This document shows, in pieces, positions 1-9,161 of a stretch of DNA of 64,000 bases. Within the stretch, counting starts at the first letter, position 1, and each line of letters opens with the position of its first letter. The notes under the pieces are model-generated. The model saw only the letters and a list, made by a program, of their open reading frames with translations. It did no database searches and was not told where the DNA came from. A program made the translations under genes and the position numbers. This stretch comes from Anaerolineales bacterium (GTDB lineage Bacteria; Chloroflexota; Anaerolineae; Anaerolineales; Villigracilaceae): the NCBI GenBank assembly GCA_034436015.1, contig DAOTWG010000004.1, forward strand, positions 2,566 to 66,565, given 5' to 3'.

Positions 1-1
1 T

Positions 2-82
2 GCAGAGGAAGAGGGCGGAATAGGCGCTGCGCCGCTGGAGGAGGAAACCACCCTGGTTGACGAGGAGGATATTCCCTTTTAA
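2..82 (+). CDS. ssb: C-terminal end of single-stranded DNA-binding protein (partial; N-terminus upstream of window)
   Basis: Open frame from position 2 to TAA at 80-82 reads AEEEGGIGAAPLEEETTLVDEEDIPF. The acidic tail ending D-I-P-F is the hallmark SSB C-terminal interaction tip. Confidence 0.5.
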   Translation, partial: AEEEGGIGAAPLEEETTLVDEEDIPF

Positions 83-105
83 TTCTAACTACTGAGGTGT
101 TTCTT

Positions 106-507
106 ATGGCTCTTTCCCCTCCTCCTCGTTCCCAACCGCCGGTCGCCGGCTTGCCTATCGAGATGGCGTCAGACCTCCAGCCTATCTACGCCAATCTGGT
201 GCGGATCGCCCATTCGACCACAGATTTTGTTCTTGATTTTGCCCGTTTTCTCCCTGGTGAAAGTAAGGCTTCGGTGATGGCGCGCGTGGTGCTCTCACCG
301 CTGGCGGCCAAACTGCTGTTGCGCGCCCTGACCGAAAACATCAGCCGCTATGAAAACACCTTCGGTGTCATTGCCATCCCTATGATGGACACGGCATCGC
401 TGACCGATAATTTGTTCCGACCACCACATCCCCCCGAAGGGCCTCCGGCAGACACCGAACCCCCCTCCGAGCCTACACAAAACCCACCGCAAGAGCCTGA
501 TGGATAA
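106..507 (+). CDS. DUF3467-like small protein with Pro-rich acidic tail
   Basis: ORF track gives 97..507 (GTG). ATG at 106 is preceded by GAGGTG. Core IYANLVRIAHSTTDFVLDFARFLPG...LSPLAAKLLLRAL..YE..FG matches my recollection of the DUF3467 pattern. Confidence 0.6.
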   Translation: MALSPPPRSQPPVAGLPIEMASDLQPIYANLVRIAHSTTDFVLDFARFLPGESKASVMARVVLSPLAAKLLLRALTENISRYENTFGVIAIPMMDTASLTDNLFRPPHPPEGPPADTEPPSEPTQNPPQEPDG

Positions 508-515
508 TTCCTGCT

Positions 516-1193
516 ATGCACAAACTGGAAGAGATCGCGGAGCAAATTCGCCAAACTTTCGAGAGACAAAACGCGCGCCGCGACCGCGCGCTCGCGCAAG
601 CGCGCCAGTTGACACGCGCTTGCGCGCTGGCCATCCGCGCCGCCCACCGCGACGAAATCGAGACGATGCACCGTTACCTGGAAGAATCGCACGCGCTGGC
701 CGACTCGCTGTACGTTGACCTAAGCGAATTTCCGGACTTGTATTATGATGGCTACACGCAAGACGCGCTAAAGGAATTTGCGGAAGCCAGCATCACCTGT
801 GCCATTCTGTTCCATCAACCTTTGCCTTCACCAGACGACCTGCATGTCCTCCCCGCGACGTACCTGAATGGCCTGGCCGAATCGGTCGGCGAAATGCGTC
901 GTCGTTGTCTGGATATGCTTCGCCGGGACAACATCGCGGAAGCCGAGCGCCTCCTAACCCACATGGACGATATCTACGCCGTACTCGTCACTATGGATTA
1001 TCCCGATGCCATCACGCTTGGCTTGCGTCGTCAAACAGACATCGTTCGCTCGCTGGTAGAGCGCACGCGCGGTGATCTTACCTTTAGTCTGCGCGGCAGG
1101 GAACTTCACCTTGCTCTTTCTCGCCTGAGCGGTCAATTGCGGGAGAATGACGCGAACGAGACTGTCCCGCCCGACTCGCCGTGGACAGATTGA
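516..1193 (+). CDS. translin/TRAX (C3PO)-family protein
   Basis: 225-aa ORF starting 8 nt after the previous gene. DALKEFAEASI and YLNGLAESVGEMRRRCLDML resemble the conserved acidic signature regions of translin/TRAX proteins. Confidence 0.7.
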   Translation: MHKLEEIAEQIRQTFERQNARRDRALAQARQLTRACALAIRAAHRDEIETMHRYLEESHALADSLYVDLSEFPDLYYDGYTQDALKEFAEASITCAILFHQPLPSPDDLHVLPATYLNGLAESVGEMRRRCLDMLRRDNIAEAERLLTHMDDIYAVLVTMDYPDAITLGLRRQTDIVRSLVERTRGDLTFSLRGRELHLALSRLSGQLRENDANETVPPDSPWTD

Positions 1194-1270
1194 AATCGCC
1201 TTGCCTCTCCGCCGATTTTCATACTATACTGGAAACGATTGCGCCGTTCTGATTCCCCACGGAGGCCAAG

Positions 1271-2623
1271 ATGTACCTACAAGGAATTCTCGAGGTTGTC
1301 ATCGGTCTGATCTTCATGTGGCTGGTGCTGAGTGTCGCTGTGATGCAGCTCATGGAATGGGTCGCAGCAGCGTTGCAATGGCGCGCCAAAACCTTGAAAG
1401 ACGCCATACGTCAAATGCTTAAGGATAACCTCCTCACGGAAGCACTGTACCAACACCCGCTTATCACCAGTCTATCCCAAAAACGCAAGAACGGGAAACT
1501 TTTGCTGCCGGCCTTCATCCCGGCCGATAAATTCGCCCTAGCACTCTTCGACCTGGCCGCGACGGCAGGAACCGAGGCCTTTCCTCTGCGCCAAATCTTT
1601 GAGGCTATCGAGACCCAGCTCGAGCGTCTAGACGACCCCCTTCAGCGGAAACTGGCCCACGAAGATTGGGACGCTATCGTGAACACGGCTCGCGAATTGG
1701 CTTCCTCGTCGCTTGGCGAGGCCGCTATAGATACATTGAAAGCACGCCTACAGGAGTACCACGATCGTTATCCTGAACTACAAGAGATTCTGGATACAGC
1801 GATTCCGCAGATTCACGCCTACTATGATTCCTTGTTGGCAGAGCAACTCAAAATGGAGGCCGGTGGTCAGGCAGCCGACCTGACCCTACGTCAGATTCGC
1901 CTTGGCCTGATCGCGCTAGAGACCATGTATCCTCATTCCCAGGTGCGTCGAACCATTGGCGCCTTGCTGGCCGGCGTGGAGGAATACGTGGCGGAGGGCG
2001 AACGCGCGCTGGCAATCGCACGGAAGAACGTTGAAAAATGGTTTAATGACGCTATGGATCGACTCTCGGGCCTCTACAAACGCAAGGTGCAAAAGGCCTC
2101 CTTTTTGGCAGGATTATTGTTGGCGATCTTCCTCAATATTGATTCCATTGGCATTGCCGTTGCCCTGTGGCGTGAACCAACGCTTCGTCAGACGATTGTC
2201 ATGCAAGCGGAGGCATACATTCAGCAACAGTCCCAGGGCGCAGAAGAGGAGGGAATGCCGGTGGTCAGCCCGGTTATCACGATTAAAGCCCTACAAGATC
2301 AACTCCGCGACCTGACCTTGCCGGTCGGCTGGGTCAGTGAGCCGCTCCCTCGTCAAGGCATACCTTGCGCCCCTTATTCCGCCTCTGCTTATGCGGAAGA
2401 CGGCTCGCCGACCCATATCATGGGGATTCCCCTGGGTCAGGTGTGTTACCCTCTGAGGAACGTCCCGCCGCTCAATGCAGAACAGTGGGTAGGATGGCTG
2501 GTAAAAGCGCTGGGGATGGTTCTGAGCGGCGCGGCCGCGGCGCAGGGCGCGCCATTCTGGTTTGACATCCTAAAGAAATTCGTCAATATTCGCAGCAGCG
2601 GTCCAAAGCCAGACGAAAAGTAA
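1271..2623 (+). CDS. conserved-looking membrane protein, function unknown
   Basis: 450-aa ORF with an N-terminal TM helix (ILEVVIGLIFMWLVLSVAVMQL), a long helical middle and C-terminal TM segments. It ends GAPFWFDILKKFVNIR. No family recognised. Confidence 0.7.
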   Translation: MYLQGILEVVIGLIFMWLVLSVAVMQLMEWVAAALQWRAKTLKDAIRQMLKDNLLTEALYQHPLITSLSQKRKNGKLLLPAFIPADKFALALFDLAATAGTEAFPLRQIFEAIETQLERLDDPLQRKLAHEDWDAIVNTARELASSSLGEAAIDTLKARLQEYHDRYPELQEILDTAIPQIHAYYDSLLAEQLKMEAGGQAADLTLRQIRLGLIALETMYPHSQVRRTIGALLAGVEEYVAEGERALAIARKNVEKWFNDAMDRLSGLYKRKVQKASFLAGLLLAIFLNIDSIGIAVALWREPTLRQTIVMQAEAYIQQQSQGAEEEGMPVVSPVITIKALQDQLRDLTLPVGWVSEPLPRQGIPCAPYSASAYAEDGSPTHIMGIPLGQVCYPLRNVPPLNAEQWVGWLVKALGMVLSGAAAAQGAPFWFDILKKFVNIRSSGPKPDEK

Positions 2624-2631
2624 CTGCTCCC

Positions 2632-4314
2632 ATGTCGCTACAGGATACGTATTATCAATCGGCATTGAACGACTTTCAGAACGCGCGCCGCAAAGCCGCC
2701 TTACGTGAACTGGTAGCGCGCCTGACCGGCAAACCGAATGAATTACTCTCCTACGATGACGTCGCGCAGAAACTGCGGTTGCATGTTCGCAGCGAACGCG
2801 GCATTCAAGAAATCCCTCTTGACGCCATCGTGGGAAGCGTAGGACGTTATAGCGATTTCACGCGCGATTTTCTCCCTCGCAAGGACGAAAATCAACGCCG
2901 CTGGGTGCAAGTCAGGGCGATGATGGAAAATCCCTCCGGCGGCGGCATTCCTCCTATTGACGTTTACAAAGTAGGCGAAGTGTACTTCGTCCTGGATGGC
3001 AATCACCGCGTCTCGGCTGCGCGGCAGGCCGGTTTCAAGACCATCGAGGCACATGTGATCGAGGTCCAGACGGATGTCCCTCTCACGCCCGAGGTCAGCC
3101 CGGATGATCTGATCATCAAGGCCGAATATGCCAATTTCCTGGAAAAGACAGGCCTCAAACGTTTGCGTCCAGAAGCCGATTTGAGCGTTTCTGTGCCAGG
3201 GCAGTATCAAAAACTGCTCGAACACATTGAAGTCCATCGGTACTTCATGGGCATTGATTTCCAACGCGAGATTAGCTGGGAGGAAGCCGTTGCACACTGG
3301 TACGACGCCGTCTATCTGCCGGTCATCGAACCGATTCGCGAGCACGGCCTGCTACGCTGGTTTCCCGGGCGCACCGAAACCGACCTCTACTTATGGGTGG
3401 CCGAGCATCGCGCGGAACTGGAGAGCGAAACCGGCTGGTCCATCCGTCCCGAGGCTGCCGCGCTCGAACTGGCCGCGCGCGAAAACCCACGCCTGGAAGA
3501 TCTGGAGGCGCAGACCGGCCAGTATCGCTTGGAAAAAATGGTAGATCGTTACCTCGACCACTTGTTCCGCGATATTCTCGTGCTTATCACAGGCGCCGAG
3601 GAAGGATGGCAGGCTCTCGAACAAGCCCTTCACATTGCTCAGCTGGAAAACGCTACCCTGCATGGTCTGCACATCGTTTCCCGTCGTGGCAAGCCCGACG
3701 AGGCAAAAACAACCGCGATTCAGAATCGCTTCCATCAGCGTTGTCAGGAGACCGGCGTAGGGGGCAATTTGGCCATCGCCGCCGGCGAAGTCGCGGAAGT
3801 CGTTCGACAACGCGCCCTGTTGACGGATTTAGTTGTCCTAAATGTAGCACATCCCCCTTTGTCCGGTCTCTCCGCCCTGCGCTCCGGCCTGCGCACGATA
3901 CTGCGCAAAGCCGCCCGACCCGTTCTGGCCGTGCCGGGCGTAGTCAGTCCAATGGATAGGGTATTGCTGGCCTTTGACGGCAGCGAGAACGCCCGCGAGG
4001 CACTCTTTGTCGCCGCGTATCTGGCCGAAACGTGGAAAGTCGAGTTGACCGTTCTGACGGCCACAGACGGCGGGCGAATTCCGGCTTCCGTACAAGATTA
4101 CGCCCGCGCCTATCTGGAACTCCATGAAATTCAAGCTCACTATATCCTCAGCGAGGGCGCGAAGACAGTGCTCCCGCGCCTGGTCAATGAGCACGGCGTC
4201 AACCTCGTGATCATGGGCAGTTACGGCGGCCCAACCTGGCGGGAACTTTTGTTGGATAGCGCGGTCAACTTCATGCTTCGAGAAGCACGTTGCCCCTCAC
4301 TAATTTGCCATTAA
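2632..4314 (+). CDS. ParB/sulfiredoxin-fold domain protein fused to tandem universal-stress-protein (USP) domains
   Basis: 560 aa, starting 8 nt after the previous gene. ParB/Srx motif VYFVLDGNHRVSAARQAGF. The central helical region is possibly DUF4032-like (uncertain). The C-terminal ~260 aa show two USP-like repeats (VLLAFDGSENAREAL, NLVIMGSYGG). Confidence 0.75.
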   Translation: MSLQDTYYQSALNDFQNARRKAALRELVARLTGKPNELLSYDDVAQKLRLHVRSERGIQEIPLDAIVGSVGRYSDFTRDFLPRKDENQRRWVQVRAMMENPSGGGIPPIDVYKVGEVYFVLDGNHRVSAARQAGFKTIEAHVIEVQTDVPLTPEVSPDDLIIKAEYANFLEKTGLKRLRPEADLSVSVPGQYQKLLEHIEVHRYFMGIDFQREISWEEAVAHWYDAVYLPVIEPIREHGLLRWFPGRTETDLYLWVAEHRAELESETGWSIRPEAAALELAARENPRLEDLEAQTGQYRLEKMVDRYLDHLFRDILVLITGAEEGWQALEQALHIAQLENATLHGLHIVSRRGKPDEAKTTAIQNRFHQRCQETGVGGNLAIAAGEVAEVVRQRALLTDLVVLNVAHPPLSGLSALRSGLRTILRKAARPVLAVPGVVSPMDRVLLAFDGSENAREALFVAAYLAETWKVELTVLTATDGGRIPASVQDYARAYLELHEIQAHYILSEGAKTVLPRLVNEHGVNLVIMGSYGGPTWRELLLDSAVNFMLREARCPSLICH

Positions 4315-4356
4315 CCCTATCCCGATGCTCCTTCGTCCTATACACGCCGCTGTACC

Positions 4357-6051
4357 ATGACAAACTCCAAACGCTGGATCCTCGCTCCCCCTCTTCCACC
4401 TTCTGCTCAGGAAGCGCTTGCCGCCTTTCCACCTATATTGCGGCAGTTACTCTACAATCGTGGCTACGCCACAGAGGCAGCCGCCCGCGCCTACTTGCAG
4501 GCCCAGCCGCCTTTCGACGCCGACCCCTTCCACATGGCAGGCATGGAACAGGCCGTGGAACGAATCCGGCGCGCGATTCGTTTTGCCGAGCCGATCGCGA
4601 TCTACGGAGACTACGATGTTGACGGCGTCACGGCCACGGTTTTGCTGATGCAGGTCATGCAAGCCTTAAACGCAAACGCTCGTCCTTACATTCCAAATCG
4701 CTTCGAGGATGGATATGGGCTGAATAAGGAGGCGTTGGCCGCACTGCAAGCCGATGGGACAAAACTGGTTATCACCGTGGATTGCGGCATTCGTTCTCAC
4801 GAGGAGGCTGTTTACGCGCGCCAGATAGGGTTGGATCTTATCATTACCGATCACCACACTCCCGGCAACACCTTGCCCTGCGCCATAGCCGTCCTCAATC
4901 CGAAACAGCCTGATGACCCCTATCCGGAAAAAGATCTCGCCGGCGTGGGCATTGCCTACAAACTTGCCCAGGCACTTCTTGCAAGACAAAATCGCTTGCC
5001 GGGGTTGGAGGTAGAACGTCTACTCGACTTGGTGGCCTTGGGCACGGTGGCCGATTTAGCGCCGTTGACAGGCGAAAACCGCGCGCTTGTCCGTCAGGGG
5101 CTGCGAGAGATTGCACAGACACAGCGGCAGGGCTTATTCTCATTAGCGGCTGTCGCGGAGATACCGCTGGCGCGCGTCAACGCCACGACCATCGGATACA
5201 TTCTTGGCCCCCGTCTTAATGCTGCCGGGCGACTCGATACTGCCCTGGCAGCCTACGAGTTGCTAGCGACCTCGAATCCCCAGCGCGCCGCCGAACTTGC
5301 TCAGCAACTCCACCTCCAAAACCGTCAACGCCAGGAACTGACTCGCAAGATACAGGAAGAGGCCGAAGCCCTTGCGCTGGCGGAAGATCCCCAATCGCTC
5401 CTCCTCTTTGCCGTTCACCCCGAATTCAACCCCGGCGTTGTAGGATTGGCCGCCGCCCGGCTGGCGGAGAAGTTTTACCGCCCGGCCGTCGTTGGCCAGA
5501 TTGCTACAGAGACGACTCGCTGTTCCTGCCGCTCTATACCGGAATTCCATATCACTCAGGCCCTCGACCAATGCAAAGACCTATTAGTGCGGCACGGCGG
5601 TCACGCCTCAGCTGCCGGCTTTACGGTCCACAACAAGAACCTGCCCACTCTCCGAGAGCGGTTGAAGGCGATTGCCCAGGAACAACTTAGCAGTCAAGAA
5701 CTCAGACAAACGCTCTACGCCGATGCCGAACTTTCGCTCGCCGATTTGCGGCCAGAACTCTTGAAACAGATCGAGCACTTGCAACCAACCGGTTACGGCA
5801 ATCCGGAAGCCGTCTTCATCACGCGCAACGTGCGCGTTGCACGCGCGCGGCCGGTTGGCGCGGAGGGGAAGCACCTGAAACTCACCGTCACCGACGGCTG
5901 GCTGACCTTTGACGCGATCGGTTTCCAGATGGGGCACCTCGCCTCGCAACTGCCCGCGCAGGTGGACATCCTATACACGTTCGAGATCAACGAGTACAAC
6001 GGGAAACAATCCCTGCAACTCAACCTGCGCGATCTCCGGCCGGCGATGTAG
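4357..6051 (+). CDS. recJ: single-stranded-DNA-specific exonuclease RecJ
   Basis: 564 aa with DHH-family motifs DYDVDGVTA, VDCG, TDHH and GGHASAAGFT in canonical order. Confidence 0.95.
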   Translation: MTNSKRWILAPPLPPSAQEALAAFPPILRQLLYNRGYATEAAARAYLQAQPPFDADPFHMAGMEQAVERIRRAIRFAEPIAIYGDYDVDGVTATVLLMQVMQALNANARPYIPNRFEDGYGLNKEALAALQADGTKLVITVDCGIRSHEEAVYARQIGLDLIITDHHTPGNTLPCAIAVLNPKQPDDPYPEKDLAGVGIAYKLAQALLARQNRLPGLEVERLLDLVALGTVADLAPLTGENRALVRQGLREIAQTQRQGLFSLAAVAEIPLARVNATTIGYILGPRLNAAGRLDTALAAYELLATSNPQRAAELAQQLHLQNRQRQELTRKIQEEAEALALAEDPQSLLLFAVHPEFNPGVVGLAAARLAEKFYRPAVVGQIATETTRCSCRSIPEFHITQALDQCKDLLVRHGGHASAAGFTVHNKNLPTLRERLKAIAQEQLSSQELRQTLYADAELSLADLRPELLKQIEHLQPTGYGNPEAVFITRNVRVARARPVGAEGKHLKLTVTDGWLTFDAIGFQMGHLASQLPAQVDILYTFEINEYNGKQSLQLNLRDLRPAM

Positions 6052-6269
6052 ATTCGCTGCCGGCCACACGGCAACGCCGAATTCCGCCCCTTGCACGTGA
6101 CCCGGTTGCCGCCTTGATCAGAAAAACTCTTTTCTTGCAACCTAGACCGTAAAAGCAACCCCATTTCAGACGTTTTTTGAACAAACCCCTATAGAACATC
6201 CCTGCCCGGCATCCAGGCAAATTGCGCGAATCGCTCAACCTCGGTAAAATTAGGGCAGGAGGAAGACCA

Positions 6270-6572
6270 ATGCAACGCACCAAGACACCAGATATCGTAG
6301 TCGAAGCGGTGCGATATGCGCCGGAAGGACAGATTGAGTTCGTGCGCGCCTACGAACGGCGCGGCAATGTCTGGTCAGATTGTTTGCTCCTTTCGCGCGC
6401 GCAACTGCTGGAGCGGCTGAAACAAGGGCAAACCGCTCTCGTCGGACGACGCCGGCTGTACTATGGAAGCGATTTTGAACTTGGCGCCCCCATAAGGTTA
6501 ATAGGCCAGCCAATCGTTCTAGATGGTCAGTCCACCGAGAGAGATAACCTGCCGGGAGTTCCACTCCTATGA
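6270..6572 (+). CDS. small hypothetical protein, possibly DUF3892-like
   Basis: ATG 6270 is preceded by GGAGGAAG (ORF track start 6222). 100 aa. The C-terminal STERDNLPGVPLL pattern is reminiscent of DUF3892. Weak family call. Confidence 0.5.
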   Translation: MQRTKTPDIVVEAVRYAPEGQIEFVRAYERRGNVWSDCLLLSRAQLLERLKQGQTALVGRRRLYYGSDFELGAPIRLIGQPIVLDGQSTERDNLPGVPLL

Positions 6573-6597
6573 ACGAAAGGTTTCCTCCGCGAACACC

Positions 6598-7710
6598 ATG
6601 AAACTGATTGACCACACCCCTTTCTTTAAAGACGGTCAAATCAGCGCGACCGATCGTCTGAAAGCCATATGGAAATATGGGGTCTCTTGGGTGAAAGAGG
6701 TGGAGGCCCAACAGGTTGTCATCGAGGCGTTGGAGAAAGGCCTGGCGCGCGGCTACACGCTTCTGCGCAATGTTACCTTGCCTGGTCTGGACATCGAGAT
6801 ACCGCTGATTCTCATCGGCCCGACGGGGATTTATGTCTTGTACGTCACTCCATTGCGTGGAACCTACCGCGCGCGAGGAGAAGAATGGGGTCCTATCGAA
6901 GGCGAGAGTTTTCGTCCGGCGCGGGTTAACCTACTGCGCCGCGTCGCGCGTCTGGGGCGCGCGGTGCAGGTGTACCTGCAAAAACAAGGGCTGACGGACC
7001 TGCCGCCGGTGGAAGCCGTTTTGCTGTGCGCCGACCACGGCTTGATTATCGAAAGCGTCCGCCCAATCGTACGAGTCGTCCAACGCGATGCGCTGGAGCG
7101 TTTTGCTATTTCCATCTCGCAGGCGCGTGTTGTATTGGGAGCTGACCGGATTCAACACATAATTAACCGCATTCTGAATCCACTGCCGCCTCAGGCGCAG
7201 CGCCCACAAAGGCAAGCTCCGTCCGCCGGCCCCTCCCCCTCTCCGGCGCAGGAAGCCGAACCGTATGTGCCTCCTTTCGCCCTCCCGCCTGAACTGCAAG
7301 CCAGAGTTGAGGCCAAATCATCGTCATCGGCACATCGAGAAACACCGGCCACATTTCCCCCCGATCGCTTCCCGGAGCAACCGCCGGCAGGGGCCGAGGC
7401 GCAATCCTTCCCAGGCGCTGAGACGGGCGTCTCGAACTTGGAGTTTGGCTTTCGCTTTGAGGAGGAACAGCCGGCGGCGCATCCCCCTCCCGCCTCCCCA
7501 GGCAAGTCACCATCCTCGCCGATCCATCCGACGGCAAGATCGGCGACAGGAACGATCGCGCGGTCCGCGTCCGCCTCTCGCAGCCGTCTAACCAGACGCC
7601 GCAGCCTGACAGGAAAACAGATTGCGGTCTTGATTCTTCTGGCGTTGGCCCAGTGTGTTATCCTCGTTGTCGCCATATCCTTATGGCAATCTTACTTCTT
7701 GACCCCCTGA
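6598..7710 (+). CDS. NERD-like domain protein with Pro-rich linker and C-terminal TM anchor
   Basis: ATG 6598; the in-frame start at 6523 would overlap the previous gene by 50 nt. N-terminal NERD-like block LDIEIPLILIGPTGIYVLYVTPLRG, a P/A/S-rich low-complexity middle, and a C-terminal TM helix IAVLILLALAQCVILVVAISLW. Confidence 0.6.
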   Translation: MKLIDHTPFFKDGQISATDRLKAIWKYGVSWVKEVEAQQVVIEALEKGLARGYTLLRNVTLPGLDIEIPLILIGPTGIYVLYVTPLRGTYRARGEEWGPIEGESFRPARVNLLRRVARLGRAVQVYLQKQGLTDLPPVEAVLLCADHGLIIESVRPIVRVVQRDALERFAISISQARVVLGADRIQHIINRILNPLPPQAQRPQRQAPSAGPSPSPAQEAEPYVPPFALPPELQARVEAKSSSSAHRETPATFPPDRFPEQPPAGAEAQSFPGAETGVSNLEFGFRFEEEQPAAHPPPASPGKSPSSPIHPTARSATGTIARSASASRSRLTRRRSLTGKQIAVLILLALAQCVILVVAISLWQSYFLTP

Positions 7711-7777
7711 CAACAAAGATGACCGGCTGCATCCTTTCCGGTCAAAGGGGAGATAGCCCGTCACGCCGAATCCTCGA

Positions 7778-8521
7778 TTGTGGGGTGCCCCTTTGGAGAT
7801 TCCTTTCCTCTCGATCGTTATTCCCGTTTACAACGAAGAAAAACGCCTGCCGCTCGCCCTGGAGCAGGTGATGGCTTTCCTGCGCGCCCAGAGTTACCCG
7901 GCCGAAGTCATTGTCGTGGATAATGGCAGCACCGATCGCACGTTGGCGATAGCCTGCAACTATCTTTCCAGCCATCCTCTCCTGCGTATTCTTCACGAAG
8001 ACCAGCGCGGCAAGGGACGCGCGGTACGCAAGGGCATGCTGGCAGCACACGGCCTATATCGTTTTGCCGCTGATGTGGACTTTTCCATGCCGGTGGAAGA
8101 AATCAACCGCTTCCTGCCGCCTCAATGTTCCGCGGATATTGCCATCGCCTCTCGTGAGGCGCCAGGGGCGATCCGCTACAACGAACCTCTCTATCGCCAC
8201 CTCAGTGGGCGAATCTTTAATCTTTTGATTCGTCTCTTGCTTTTGCCCGGCTTGCATGATACCCAATGTGGCTTCAAATGCTTTCGCGCAGAGGTGGCCA
8301 AAGATCTTTTCTCCGCTCAGACGTTGAACGGTTGGACGTTTGACGTGGAGATTCTGGCGATTGCCCGTCGGCGCCGCTACTCCATCGTCGAGCTGCCCAT
8401 TCCCTGGTACTTTAATGCCGATAGCCGCGTCAAGGTTCTGCGCGATTCCTGGAGCATGTTCCTCGATTTGTTGATTATCCGTCGCAACCTGCGCTTGGGG
8501 ATGTATGACCGGCGCGAGTAA
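7778..8521 (+). CDS. family 2 glycosyltransferase (polyprenol-phosphate glycosyltransferase-like)
   Basis: TTG start per ORF track. [14 protein letters not shown] and [10 protein letters not shown] are GT-A/GT2 signatures. Confidence 0.85.
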   Translation: MWGAPLEIPFLSIVIPVYNEEKRLPLALEQVMAFLRAQSYPAEVIVVDNGSTDRTLAIACNYLSSHPLLRILHEDQRGKGRAVRKGMLAAHGLYRFAADVDFSMPVEEINRFLPPQCSADIAIASREAPGAIRYNEPLYRHLSGRIFNLLIRLLLLPGLHDTQCGFKCFRAEVAKDLFSAQTLNGWTFDVEILAIARRRRYSIVELPIPWYFNADSRVKVLRDSWSMFLDLLIIRRNLRLGMYDRRE

Positions 8522-9161
8522 TCGCCCAACACTGGTTTGGGAACAATCGCTCTGGGAGGCCGGCTTTCACTACCTGGCCGGCGTAGACGAGGCCGGCCGG
8601 GGAGCACTGGCCGGCCCGGTGGCAGCCGCGGCAGTGATCTTGCCGGCCGAGACTTCGGTCGTACAGGAATTGGCGGGGGTATGCGATTCCAAACAGATGA
8701 CCCCAGAGGAGCGAGCATACTGGGCGCCTCGCATTCGCCAAATGTGCTTGGCCTGGGGAGTGGGATTCGCTTCAGCCGACGAGGTTGATGCACTCGGCAT
8801 TGTCGGCGCTGTCTGTTTGGCTGCCCGGCGCGCCCTGGAATCTTTATCGCGAACCCCCGATTGGCTCATTACCGATTATCTTCTCCTGCGCGAAGTTGAC
8901 TTGCCGCAGACAGCGCTTGTCAAAGGCGATCAACAGAGTCTGAGCACAGCGGCGGCGTCTGTCCTGGCAAAAACCAGTCGCGATGCTCTGTTGCGCGAAT
9001 TAGACAGGCAATACCCCGGCTATGGCTTTGCCCGTCATAAGGGCTATGGCACCCCGGCTCATCGCGCTGCGATTCAACGCCTGGGTCTTTGTCCCCTCCA
9101 TCGTCGCTCGTTTACGCATCCCCCAGAGAACCCGCAGGCCCAGGCGGCTCGGCAGCAATGA
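8505..9161 (+). CDS. rnhB: ribonuclease HII
   Basis: [19 protein letters not shown] and CDSKQM motifs. Overlaps the upstream GT2 gene by 17 nt. Confidence 0.92.
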   Translation: MTGASNRPTLVWEQSLWEAGFHYLAGVDEAGRGALAGPVAAAAVILPAETSVVQELAGVCDSKQMTPEERAYWAPRIRQMCLAWGVGFASADEVDALGIVGAVCLAARRALESLSRTPDWLITDYLLLREVDLPQTALVKGDQQSLSTAAASVLAKTSRDALLRELDRQYPGYGFARHKGYGTPAHRAAIQRLGLCPLHRRSFTHPPENPQAQAARQQ

